A model generated the notes under the pieces. That model worked only from the letters and a program-made list of their open reading frames with translations, ran no database searches and was not told the origin of the DNA. Shown here piece after piece: positions 51,201 through 63,600 of a stretch of DNA of 64,000 bases. A program made the position numbers and the translations under genes. Each line of letters opens with the position of its first letter. The first letter of the stretch is position 1. The DNA lies in NCBI GenBank assembly GCA_030704615.1, contig CM060734.1, positions 28,024,001 to 28,088,000 of the forward strand. Reading direction: 5' to 3'. This stretch comes from Takakia lepidozioides. Its lineage: Eukaryota > Plantae > Bryophyta.

Positions 51201-51821
51201 CTTAGATACAGACATCTCTGGGAGGATCAGAGCAGGCTCGGGGCATGATATGGCGTGAGTTGGCCATTAGACTACAGCCGGATCATCCTATGGATGGCTC
51301 AGTGATGCGAGCCAAGGCCATTGTGACAGATGCGGTCTCTTACGATGTCCTCGTTGGTGGGGCAGTGTTATATCCCATGGGCTTCACCCTGGATTTTTGG
51401 GAGGAGTCAGCATCCTACAGGCCTGGATGGCACTCAGGGGATGGTCGTCGTGTACAACTCCCTGTGACATTCATTGGGGGTGTTGCTGCTGCCCAGCGGA
51501 GCAAGATGCCAACACTAGCAGCCTTTACAACTGCAGTTAGTTGGCCTGGAGAGTTGCTGGAGCAGGCCAATGCCCATGCAGAGGAATGTGCACCTCTTAT
51601 AAGCAGGATGACATCATGGTACAGCGGAGTTGTCCGCCATGGTTGCTCACACTCCATTGTGGGGTACGAGCAAGGATTTGCAGCAGGCTGCTGATAGACA
51701 GATGCAACAAGCCTGGGTAGAGGCCTTCGTACCGTCAGGAGAGGAGGAGAGTGCGGTGAATGCACCAGGACCCCCTTAGTTGTTGCCATTGGACACCACA
51801 CCTCTTGTGTGGCAGTGCCTG

Positions 51822-52800
51822 GATGAAGGCATATGCCTTCTGGACTTGTTTGGCGGGATCAACATTGGATTGGCTGCAGTGCTGTAGGTAGGTGTACGAG
51901 TTTGACGTTACCTATATGTGGAGAGGGATGAGACTGCACGACGCATCTCACTGCGCCATGTTGCTTAGTTGGTGCAGCAGTACCCTGATTTGTTGCCAGT
52001 GTCTGCAGTTCGTGGATACCAACAAGCCTTGCCAGCAGACATCTCATTGCTGGGGGCGCATGATTTGGAGCGGGTTGGCCCTATTCACTTAGTAGTGGCA
52101 GGTTGGCCCTGCCAAGGGCTTTCATCAGCTGGGTATGGCAATGGGTTACAAGACTCAAGGTCACGCCTGTTTTGGGAGATGTTGAGGGTCCTGCGCTATT
52201 TACAGCTTCAGCAGACAGACTCTGCGGCATATATCTTGGAGAATGTGCCATTGATGGGTGATTCTCGGGCCAAGGTGATGGCCAGTGTACATCAAGTGCG
52301 GTCTTGGCTTGGGTCAGCAGTGTTGCTAGATGCAGCTGCAGTGGGGTCATGGGCTCATCGCCCACGACTATGGTGGACCAACTTGATGCCACCTGCATTG
52401 CTCAAGCGTGCATTTGATGGGGTGCAGCGGCCACCAAACCTGACGGTGGATAACATTTTGGACATAGGAAGGCAGTCTTAGCGTGTGAGACATGATGACC
52501 GATCACCTTTGGCAGTGGTCAATAAGGTGGGTCACCCACGAGTCGCATTGCCTACACTACTCAGTTTTCTAGGATCCCATGCTTTTCGGGATGGTGGACC
52601 TGGCCTCTTGTGGGATAGCCAGTTGCACCAATTAGTGGAGCCCAATGCTGACGAGCGCGAGCGGGCGATGGGTTTTACCACTGGTACCACGGCGGTGCCA
52701 TCTATTTCTGAGGCATCACGTCGTCAGGTGTTGGGGCAAGCAATGGATCTCAATTGCTTGATCTGGATTATCAGCTTGGCTATGGCTGAGCAGCGCCGAG
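51822..52800 (+). pseudogene. C5-cytosine DNA methyltransferase domain (DNMT3/bacterial-like) within pol
   Basis: Motif I LLDLFGGI, II YVERD, IV VAGWPCQGLS, VI ILENV, VIII HRPRLWWTN, IX-X ERERAMGF...RRQVLGQAM; a few TAG/TGA stops. Confidence 0.9.
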
Positions 52801-53047
52801 TACGGAGTACACTTCCCTTGATGGTCTCCCTGCCTACCGAGACGGTACAAGCAGCGAGTGGGGGCGAACAGGTGAGGACCACGAGGTGCAGGCCGTATCC
52901 ATGGCACACGTGGGAGGTGTTCGAGGTTCAAAAGGAGTTGGCAGCCAAGGCGGCCGTGATGGATGAGGTTGGGGATTTTTCTCGGGTTGAGGAGGTCCTC
53001 AAGGATGGGATGATGGGGCAGGAGAAAGACGACGTATACGGCGGTTC

Positions 53048-55800
53048 TTGAGGGCTTATAGGAACTGTTTTGCCTTCAGTTTGAAGGACTTGGGAGCACT
53101 GAAGGGTCAAGAGATTCGCATTGAATTGGCCACTGACACGCCAATCTTTCGGAGACCCTATAGATACAGTGACATGGAGAGGTCCTTGATTCAGATGAGG
53201 ACTCAGGACCTCTGGGAGGCTGGTTTGGTGGAGCTATCTGGTGGAGAGTATGCTTCAGCCATAGTGATGCCAGCCAAGAAGGATGTCTATGGCAATTGGA
53301 TGGAGAGACGTATGTGCGGTGATTACCGGCCTGTAAATCGTTAGACCAAGTCCGATAGGTATGCCATGCCGACACCAGAGGAGATCTTTGATGCCATTGG
53401 GCATGCCAAGGTCTTTAGCACTTTGGATTTACGATCCGGATATCACCAGTTGCCGATCAAGGAGGTGGATAAGCAGAAGACGGCATTCTGGGGGATCAAT
53501 GAGCACGGGAAGGATTGCCTATACCAGTGGCGGTTCTTACCATTTGGGCTTAAGAACGCTCCTGCAGAGTTTCAGAGAGTCATGGACAGGATTCTAGCAG
53601 GGGTGGAGTTTGCTTGGTGCTACATAGATGACATCATCATCTTTAGTGCTACCTTGGAGGAGCATGAGAGACACCTTCAGGTGGTATTTGAGCGCTTGAG
53701 GGCACACGAACTGAAGTTACATCCGAGGAAGTGCAAGTTTTTCCACAACCAGATTGAGTATCTGGGTCACATGATATATCCTGGAGGATTGGGGGTACAG
53801 CAGACTAAGGTAGAGGCCATTGCACAGATTCCACGCCCCACGGATGTGAGCCAAGTTCGAGCTTTCATGGGGTTGGCAAACTATTATAGACGATTTGTCA
53901 AGGGATTTAGTGCCATTGCAAAGGCTCTAACCAAGCTGACCAAGGTGGACCAGGAGTGGCAGTGGGAAGATGAGCAAGAACAAGCTTTCCAAGAGCTCAA
54001 GGCGAGGTTGACCTCGGCGCCCATCTTGAGACGACTTATCAGGGGGCGTCATTTTCAGCTGCATACAGATTAGAGCATGTTGGGGCTTGGAGCGGTGCTC
54101 ACACAGGTGGATGATGAGGGAAGAGAGTTCATAGTGGCTTATGCCAGTCGCTTGAACAACGCTGCAGAGGCTAAGTATAGCTCATATGAGGGAGAGTGCT
54201 TAGCTGCAGTGTGGGTCGTGGCACACTTCAGGTGCTATCTATATGATAATCTCTTCACCCTTGTCACGGATCACCAGCCACTCAAGTGGTTGATGGAGTC
54301 AGACAAGCTTACAGGGAAGCTTGCACGGTGGGCACTCATACTTCAAGAGTATGACTTTCAGGTTGTGCATCGACCGGGTTTGGTCAATCGGGATGCGGAT
54401 GGGTTGAGTCGCAATCCATGCACGAGCCAGTAGGATCACATTGGAGCTCGGTGGCATCGTGAGACGGACAAGGAGATGGTGCCCGGATGGCATGCATCTG
54501 CATTTCTGTGTATCTTGGCAGCAGAAGGTCAGGTTGGACCTACAACAGGGATGACTGTAGACCGAGTGTCTGAGGACCCTGAGGCCAGCAATGAGCAAGG
54601 TGGCGCCAAAGATATACATGAGGATTCAGCTGTGTTGGACTATCTCTGCACTGGGGGCACACCTGCTCCGAGTGTGGGAAGATGGTCGAGTGAGGATTGT
54701 GCCTCACCCAACCCAACGGGCACAGTTAGTGCGGCATGCCCATGAGGAGTTGGGGCATTTTGGGGTGCGACGCACTCATAGTCTACTGCAGGGGCAGTAT
54801 TGGTGGCGTGGTATGCACACAGAGGTGCAATAATTTGTGGTTAGGTGCATGGTGTGTGACAGGGTGCGTTCTTCATTCAACGCCCCTACTCCACAATTGC
54901 ACCCTCTTCCGATCATGGGATTGGGCTACAGGTGGAGTCTTGACTTCGCAGGGCCGTTGCCACTGACCATGCGCCACAACAAGTACGTGTTGGTGATGGT
55001 GGAGCACTTCTCCAAGTGGATCGAGTTGGTTCCATTGCCTGATAAGGCTAGTGAGGGAGCTGCGTATGCATTCTTGGATTGTGTACTTAGCCGATTCGGT
55101 GCTCCAGCTGAGGTATTCACGGACCAAGGGAGAGAGTTCTTGGGGGAGTTTCAGGCGTTGTGTGACAAGGCCTTGGTAGACCACCGCACCACTTCTCGGG
55201 ATCATCCTGAGGCCGATGGCTTGGCAGAGAGGGTTGTTCAGACAGTGAAGAGGGGTTTGCGCAAGTATGGCTTGCAGAAGGGACACCTAGGAGATTGGGA
55301 CCTTCATTTAGCTTGGTTAGCCATGGGCTACAGGTTCAGCAAGCAAGCATCACTTGCCTCCTTCTCACCATACTTTCTTCTCTTTGGCCGAGAGCCGGAT
55401 TTGCCTGCATCCATTCGTAGAGAAGCTGCTACAGTTCTCAACCTTGACGATCCGGATATGTGGGCACGTGCATGTGATCAGCGTGCAAAGTTGTTCAAGA
55501 AAGTCATGCCCATGGCTTTCGAGAACATTGTCATTGCACAACATCGTGATACGTTGAGGTATGCTACCATACGTGGTGGGGGCTATTGTCTTGGGGTTCG
55601 GAGATTTAACCCTGGTGACTATGTTTATCTGCAGCAGACTGCTCCTACGACCTTGGATGTGACTGCAGGACGTACTATTTTGAGGGTTCGAGAGGTGTTG
55701 CCCTCAGGAGTCCTGATCTTGGAGGGTCGGGATGGCATGATTTGGAAGGACCATGTGCGTAATTACACGCCATGTCACCTTTCAAATGTTGATGGAAGGG
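53048..55800 (+). pseudogene. pol: RT, RNase H and integrase
   Basis: MCGDYRPVN; LDLRSGYHQ; PFGLKNAPAEFQR; YIDD; YSSYEGECLA; TDHQPL; HEELGH..CMVC; LDFAGP; TDQGREF; GLAER. Confidence 0.95.
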
Positions 55801-55838
55801 TTGACCCAAACCTGGCAGTGGTACCTGCAAGTTTGAGG

Positions 55839-55976
55839 TGCATGTTGTGTGGGTCTGCTAGAGGGGCCATGCTGGTGTGTGATCAAAGCTCTAGAGGTTA
55901 GCATATGGGATGCTTGACTCCACCTCTTGAGATGGTTCCTGATAGGGATTGGTTATGTTTGCATTGCATTGGATAG
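55839..55976 (+). other. PHD finger at the integrase C-terminus (degenerate)
   Basis: CMLC...MLVCDQS.RG*HMGCLTPPLEMVPDRDWLCLHC (C4HC3 pattern, one Cys lost, one stop). Confidence 0.85.
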
Positions 55977-56233
55977 TGGGAGTGGATACAACCATGGAAG
56001 GCTAACAAGAAATGCAAGGCCAAGCTACTAGGAGACCAACACACGAGATCCTGACTCAAGTTCACAGATTGTAAGACGGCGACTAACGATGGGGTTGCTC
56101 TTGTACCCGGCCTCTTGGTCTATAGAGTTTGAATACAATAGGGACAGTGATAGAGGACTTAGTACGGCTGTGGCTATTACATCTTGTAGCTATCTGGAGT
56201 TAGAGGGACCTAACCACCAGCTAGGGGGGCGAT

Positions 56234-56774
56234 TGTGGTAGACTACTTTATTGTGCATATATGTGTGGTGTGGTTTGGACAACGATGTAGTTGTGTAACG
56301 ATATGTATGTGCACAATAGCTGTCAAGTTAAATAAACACAGTGAGAAACTAACAAGAATAAATCTAGTTATTTATATTTAACACTTGGAATTAGTTCAAG
56401 TGTTAAGTCAGGTGTCAAGTTTAGCTTGACACCTGAACCATCTTATCTTCACGAGCTCGTCAGTCGTGCGGCTCATCTCTCTCGAGTTGAGTCTGCACGA
56501 CCGAGCTCCTTCACTGCTTAGAATCTGAGTGTGCTTATGAAGGGAGAATAGGATGTTGTGGGGGTGGAGTCCCCATAGCTTGGGGTGCCCCTAGCTCGAC
56601 TCTTAGTTTAACGAGTGATGGTGTTGCATTTCGTTTTTCGGTGTCAACAGTGTGATTTTAGTTTCCTATCTATTGTGACAGACTACTTTATTGTGCATAC
56701 ATGTGTGGTGTGGTTTGGACAGCGATGTAGTTGTGTAGCGATACGTATGCGCACGACAACTTTCATCTATAACA
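56234..56774 (+). repeat. Putative 3' LTR with ~80-bp internal direct repeat
   Basis: TGTGGTAG...CTATAACA; 56240-56316 is repeated at 56680-56756. Confidence 0.55.
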
Positions 56775-56789
56775 GAGGAGTCACCAAAG

Positions 56790-57245
56790 AATGAGGAATT
56801 ACCTCCATAGGGGTTATGACACTGGCATCATATCTATAATTTTTCCATCCATGCCGGATGAAAAATACCAGGATTTGAATTCGTTTTATTCCCCCTTTAT
56901 GCTTTTTTTTTCCGTACTGGATGAGGCTTTCTCTTAAGGGATGACGAATTACCTGTTAGGATGAAAAACCGTTGCCTTGGATGATGTATACTACTTTTTC
57001 ATCCTGCTGATGGACCTCATCCAAATAAATGAACCTATTTATTTTTTCATCTGGACCGGATGAAAAAAGCAACTTATGATGGCCATGGAGATTTTTTAAA
57101 TTACCCTTAATTATTGCTAATTAAGGAGTGAAACCCTAACTCCTACCCTATAATCTACTGTTTAAACCTAGCTAACGGATGACATCCGTCGGGTTTTTAA
57201 GAGAAAGGATATTGATTATTCATCCTCCGGATGAAAAATCGGGCT
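56790..57245. repeat. Dispersed GGATGAAAAA/TTTTCATCC motifs, probable DNA-transposon subterminal region
   Basis: About 10 motif copies in both orientations in AT-rich DNA, upstream of the second Mutator-like transposase. Confidence 0.5.
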
Positions 57246-57739
57246 CTGCCCTAGGGTGTCTCTCCCGCTGTCAGCTGCATTCCTCGTGCTGCTGAGCTCG
57301 CGAGTTATGGCGTCTGAGCTCTGCTGCTACCCTGTCTGTTGCTTCATGCCAGACGAGCTCCTGGGGATGCGCAATGGCGGCGTCTTGTCTCTTCTCACAG
57401 GCGGGAGAACCCGCTGTGATGAGATCGTCCCTTTCCCTCCTCTGGCTTTTATGTTTCGCAGCGGCGCTTTGGTGGGGAAGTATATCGCTCCCTCTCCCTT
57501 CTTAGACCTAGCATTTGCATGCTTCGCTTCTCCTTTGCTGTGCTGGAGGTGGCGTGTTGGTGGCGATGGCGCAGTGTTACCTTCCCCAATCGCTCAAAGT
57601 GCTTTTGGCAATTAGGGTTCCTTGTTGCTTAAATAAAGCAATGGCGAAGGTGATGGTCGGCACCGATCATCACTTTTGCCTTGATACATATTCTTTCCTG
57701 CCTCGCTGACTTCCTGAATCTGCTGAAATAAGACACCAA

Positions 57740-58258
57740 CTACAGTCTTCTGTAAAGCGATGATCGGTGGCGATCATCGCTTTTCCCACATCGGGGGACT
57801 ATCAGTAAAGAGGGAGAAGTGCGTTTGAGAGAACTTACGGATCCCTTCGCCTTCTTTGGCTTCGTGGCTGCATCGCTCGGATCGTCCTCTGCAGCTTTCC
57901 TCTTCCCTTTTTCATCGGTCTGAACATAAGAAAAAACAATGTATTGATCCCACATGGAATGGAAAACATCAAGACTAATGATAACAGTATTATGCGGATA
58001 TTGAATGATCACCATTTCTGTCTGATGTAGGGTTTGCTGACTTCCTCCCGGTATGGCGTCCACTACTCCTTCTTCTGTTGTGTTGTCTTCGTGCATGAAC
58101 TCGGCTGACACTGTTTGGTTACCTACGCTCACTGCTCCAGCCGTCGCTGCGACTGCGGCGACCTCACTCTCACTTCCTACATGCTCTTCTGCTTGATCTG
58201 TCTCCAAGTTCACATGTTGCCTAAGTGCTGCACCATCTTGCATGCGACGCCTCGTCAT
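57740..58258 (-). other. Possible small low-complexity gene (acidic, then KGKRK/PKKAK basic), with likely intron ~57921-58010
   Basis: Open frame with plausible composition and splice sites; no recognised domain. Confidence 0.3.
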
Positions 58259-59107
58259 TTGCTCTCTTGATCTCAGCCTCTCTCTAACCGATGTAAAATA
58301 CAATGATTTCCTCCTCTTCCGAACCGAACAAGGAACCCTCTCCAGCTTGACTTCCTCTCTTCCTCTAAGAAACAAGAATGATGAACAGACTCGCTTTCTT
58401 CCGGGGTCCCTTCGTTTTGGAAGTGTCCCTGGAACCGTTCGATTCCCTCTTGCGTGTCCAATACTTGAACGTACGTGATAGTGAAAATAGCATAACCTAT
58501 TTGACAGCTGTTCCTTTGCGCAGTTGTTTTGGGTTCTTGGCGTGTGCAAACATAAATTTGACATGTGTCTTTTTTGTGACGGCTTCATTAATATCACCGT
58601 TGGACGTCATGGATGAGAATTCTCAAAGTACTTGCCATGAGGCCTACTTAGGATTTAACGGAATATGCGTATGTGGAGAGTTATGGGCCCAGGGATTGCA
58701 TGATCTTGAAACCATCCACATGATTTGACATACTGGATATAGTCATGGCCTGACAAATGAACTAATTACTTCAATTCTCTTCCCATTATCCCTGCATGGG
58801 ATCCTCAGGCTGTCTTCAAGGAAGTTGGCGGGTTTTGATTGTTTTGGGGAGACCCCCACAACTAGATGGATTATCTGTCAGCATTGCTCAGAAGACAATA
58901 CAGACTGCATGTCACATACGTTAATTTGACGGTGACTTGTCAGGAATCGTCCCACATTGATTAGATGGAATATCATAATATGCACAATCTTCAAGGAACG
59001 GGTGCTTCCGCCTCATTTCATGTGCAACCAGTGTGTTGCATAGCTGAATCATCTGATTTCGCAAAGGAGCAGCTGAGGAAAGAGAACCCCCCGCTCGGGG
59101 ACGTAAC

Positions 59108-62063
59108 ATGGCTTCCTCCGAAGCAGAGTTTTATTCTGACGACAAACCAGTGCCTTTCTCCAAAGAAGCACTTGACAATGGATTCGCGATTGTGACGGAA
59201 CATGTCCTGGCTACCCGGTTTGAACTTTTGAATGGGTCCATCTTCTTGGAGAAAGAGGTGTACGATTTCGACGGGAAGTTGTTGAAATACTCTTTTCAAA
59301 ATCGTGATGAGACGGCTCATGTGAGCCAGTGGAGAGTGCGCCCTGGTAGATACAGAGTACTTGGAGAGCCTCGGAGAAAGTCCCTTGGATCATATGTGAC
59401 GCCTGGGACTGTTGCTTCAGTCGTTGAAGACAAAAAAGAGGTAGTGGTGAAAAAAAAAGAAACGTGCTCAACTCCAATCGTTGAGCTTTCGGATTCGTCC
59501 GATGATGACGTTAGTGAAATTCCAACTCCAGTCCTTTGTACTGTAGTTGTGGAAGCAGATGAAGAAGACATTTGTAGTGTCATTCCAAAACTACGGGCGA
59601 AGGAATGGTAGGTTTCAAAAGTGAGTTGCGGGGAATTGATTGGGAAGCTTTGAAGTAGGTGCTTGCGAAGTTCCTGCCAGAGACTTTTGATGGGGATATC
59701 CTGCCTCCTCCTCCGTGAGTTGGAGGTATAACAAGCCTGATGCACGGAATGGACAAGAAACACGACGGGCACCCATGGTGCAGAACAAAAACATCCAATA
59801 TTCAAAATGAGGACAAGCTTGTTTTCATGAGAAACAGTTTGCAATGGACACCTTAGGTGTGATAATTTGAATTGCAGACACTTTCTTCAGTCTGGGGTTC
59901 ACAATCAAAGCGAGTGGGAGGGTCTCGCGGAAAATCCATTTAAGCCTGGGACTGCTCCTCCAGCGGAAACCACTTTCGTTTGCAAATTCTGCAAACTAGT
60001 ACCAACCTGCCTGGTGCTGTGTGGAGCAAGAATGTACTATGTTGTCCACCATTTGAAAACCATGACAAGAGCTTGTGTGCATTTTGGTTTCCATAATTGC
60101 AGTTTGTGACATGCAATCCGAGGATACGGAATCCTAGAAGCTCATGTGGAATTCCCTTGTACGTGTTATGGGCTGCCATGGGGTGCCATCTCCAAATTTC
60201 GCTGGTTTTATGGCAGATAGTGCTCAGGCAAATTTCAATGCAGTTCGAATTGTCTTCGGATCAGGCGACCCAAAAGTGCCAATGTCGGGAAGAGAGCGTA
60301 CATGTCTATTCCATTGGACACAATCTTTGGAGAAACATACAAAATCGGACATCAAACCAAAGATGCAGACACAGCACCGTAAATTGTGCAAAGAGTACAA
60401 AGATGCTAGAACAATGAAGGAGGCGGACACTTTGTTCTAGACAATTCGTGCTTGGTGGTTCTCTTCTGGAGTTGCATCGCTTGAGAGTATGAGAGCATTG
60501 GAAGATTGGCCGGCGTTTTGGCACTTCTGGTACAAACAGTGGGGAGCAGCCATGACAATGGTGCGAGGCTTGTATTGCTAGTTTTATTCATACATTTACT
60601 TTCCAAATTTTGCTCTCTTTACTTTCTTTATGTTGTTCCCTGTGCACTGTTCTGAAGTGTGGTTCTGCTCTTTGCAGAACATGTCCATTGAGGAAATGGC
60701 GGACATGCCATCTTGCAATTTGGCAGAGACTGTGCACAATGCATGGTTGCAACAGTCTGGGAAACGAGGTCGGGATTTGTATGTGGCAACAACAGATGAT
60801 CTGATACGTGCCTTGCAACAACAAACCAGATACCGTGATTTCTTGCGAGGAGGGGCTGGTGGCAAGGGTCCGGACAAACAGGAGTTGATGTTGCGTGCTG
60901 CAAACAGATCTAGGGATCCAAGCAAGATAGCATGGGCGGTGAGCATGTATGCCCAGGGAACGCCACTTGTTTCTAGAGTTCCACATCTTGAAGGGGAGGA
61001 GAGATTCGGCTCATGTAAGAGGAAATTGAACACCCCACCTGGTTCGGATTCCGATTCGCACAGGGCAGACCGTGATAACTTCTCGAAGCCTCGTGTTCCC
61101 CTGCATGGCAGATCCATGTTCGGAACCTCCATTCTGGAGGAACCTCCGACTTGACGGCATGCTCCAGCATCTAACAGTGCCACTGAAATGGTGCAGGAGA
61201 GAAACTACCCCCTTGATGTGCTGGAGTCCGCATGCCCCGACCACGTTTGGCACATAGAACGCACAAGTGCAGGGTCTCGTGTGAAATGTACAGCGATCAG
61301 GGCAACTAATTTCAAGAAGTGCACTTCATCTATATCCAGAGGCGGTGCCCAGACTCCTGCTCCGACTTTCACGGGTTTGATGCGTCCATACGGCCAACCA
61401 GAAGCAAAGAACCACAAGTTATGGTTCTGCGCAGATGATTGTGGTAGATGTGTGCATGGAACTGTGCGTCCTTCCGTGGTGATGAAGCCAGCTCCTCCAA
61501 CCGTTTGGCCAGTCAAGGTGGGAACACATCTCACAAGTCAGGAGATTGCAATGCTGGAGGAGGCAGGCTTTTCCCTTGCGAGACAACCCCTACTGCATAC
61601 ATGTGTTTCTACTTCTGCGTCCTCTCGGGTCCCCCCGACAAATCCTCACTTGTGGCCAACCAAACGAGATGGAAAGCTGGTTCGGCATTTCTTTCCAACC
61701 GCTGAACACTTCGGCAAAGTGGAGTCCGCAAGAATGCTCCAAGTTCGTGTTGCAAGCACCACGGAAGTGCCCGATCCAGGATATGGTCGGGTGTACACAA
61801 TGATCACTTCGACATCTGCTGTTCATGACAGGGCATACGACATCACGGTTTTCAATTTTCCCAATTGCACATGTCCTGATTTTGTGAATATGCTATCAAC
61901 CAGTTTAGGCAAGAGAGGTAAATTCATACCCTGCAAACATTTGTATTTCGTATTTTTTAAGAGGATGGTTTGCGATCCCAAACGTGACAACTTCGTTCAC
62001 CAGGCCACTCTGAGTTTCAACGAGGTCGATACTCTATTGCAGCGGGATACAACACATAGGTAG
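59108..62063 (+). pseudogene. Second, divergent Mutator-like transposase with SWIM finger; internal deletion and stops
   Basis: MDKKHDGHPWC; FMADSAQANF; CLFHW; CNLAETVH; SWIM CTCPDF...CKHLYFVF; intron ~60561-60678; clear homology to 33192-36650. Confidence 0.82.
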
Positions 62064-62069
62064 CATCAA

Positions 62070-63600
62070 CTATGCCATGTGGTATATGGACGATCATGCT
62101 ATAAAATGTGCAATTTGCAACATTGTCATGGAAATTCAATTCAAATCAATTCGTTTGCAACATCGTCGGCGGTGCAATGATACTCGTTTCCTCACCAAAG
62201 ATGCCTTGAGAGCATGTCGAATTGTTGGTGCCAGTGCTATGAGTTGGGCAAATGTAATGTTTGCCTGAATGTGGCACAAGCCTTCCATTAGATTATATGA
62301 CTCCAACTCGTCGGTGAAGCGCATGGTGGAATGCATTCTCCTTTTGGGAAGCTTCTCAGGTGCTACCGGTCGATGGGTCGGACTCTTTGCTCTAGATGTC
62401 AAAGGTGGCCGGGAAATGGTTGGCCGGACTGCCGAAGATTCGGTCTCTGCAAATCTTCTCCTTGGGATGGATATCCTCTTCCTCCCTGAGTACAGTTTCC
62501 GCCACCTTCCGTGCGTCTGACTTCATGACTTTAAAGTTCAGATCCTCCTGTTCCGATGCCACATACCCAGGGCCTTTCCCTAGTGTATCTCGTTGCTGTC
62601 GGGTCATTACTGCATAGCTACCTTCCTCGGGGCTAGCTTGCGTAGTTTGAGTGGCGCCGAGCTCACTTGCAATCCAATTTACTTGGTGCTGCGTCTCCTA
62701 TTGACGGGACGAATGACCTGGATGTACGTTGGTCTGCTGCTGGGGTGGCGCTGAAGTGGACGCCTCCCTGCACCCTTACATCCCGAGGGGGAGACCACGT
62801 ATTAGAAGAACCTTGGGCTATCTGAGCCGCAGGATTTGAATAGGTCGCTCGGGAATTCTGTCCCGTAGCTGCATTGCCTCCAGAATATGATGGGCCTGCC
62901 TGATCTGCCCTAGGCCGTTGCGCTATCTGCGTTGGAGTAGCAAAATACATGCTATGATGTTGTGGTAGATGGTTGGGTGGTTCAGTGGTATACTGATTCG
63001 GGAAGGGTGCTCGCTGCCCTTCCAAATTCCTCTCTGTTTGTTGAATGGTGGTTGGCGTAGGCTAGTCCACTTGTCTATGAGGACATTTGTCCAAGGGGTG
63101 ACCTCGTTGGCCGCAATGCAAACACACAATATCACTCCAACAATTTTCAGTTGGGTGAGTGGTTCTTCCGCATTTTTGACAACCTCTCCGGGATTGATTG
63201 AATTGCCTTTTTGGCCTATCTTGATAAGTTGGGTTCCGGCTTACCTGCCTCTCCCGAGTGGGATAAGGACAGTGTTGAGACGCATGTCCCGAGTTGTTGC
63301 AATTGGAACACCATACCTTGGTCAGGTTGGGGCCGGACTCTCCAACTGGAGCCGCATCTTGATACCCCACATAGCTGGTAATCTGCTGACCAATGGAGCT
63401 CATGCGGTCGCCCATTGTTTCAATGGTCTTGATGAGAGAAGTGACTTGTGCCTCTAGATGGCCCACTCGCAAATCGGACTGCCCGCTTGAATGTGCCTGT
63501 GAGTTGGTAGGAACAGCATTCGTGTATTGCGGCACCGTTGGCGCTACTACTGGTGTTGGGGACGTTGCTAGGGCATAGGGTCTCGCGGAGGGAAAGAGCC
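62070..63600 (-). pseudogene. gag: Ty3/Gypsy gag fragment with three CCHC knuckles
   Basis: CSNCNNSGHASQHC, CQKCGRTTHPTENC, CLHCGQRGHPLDKC; AVMTRQQ; ANITFAQLIALAP. Confidence 0.8.

Larger units (their letters stand above)
51200..56774 (+). mobile_element. 5'-truncated Ty3/Gypsy element: protease end, C5-DNA methyltransferase, RT, RNase H, integrase, PHD, PPT, LTR
   Basis: Continuous same-strand domain series; G-rich PPT at 56223-56229 followed by TGTGGTAG. Confidence 0.88.
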
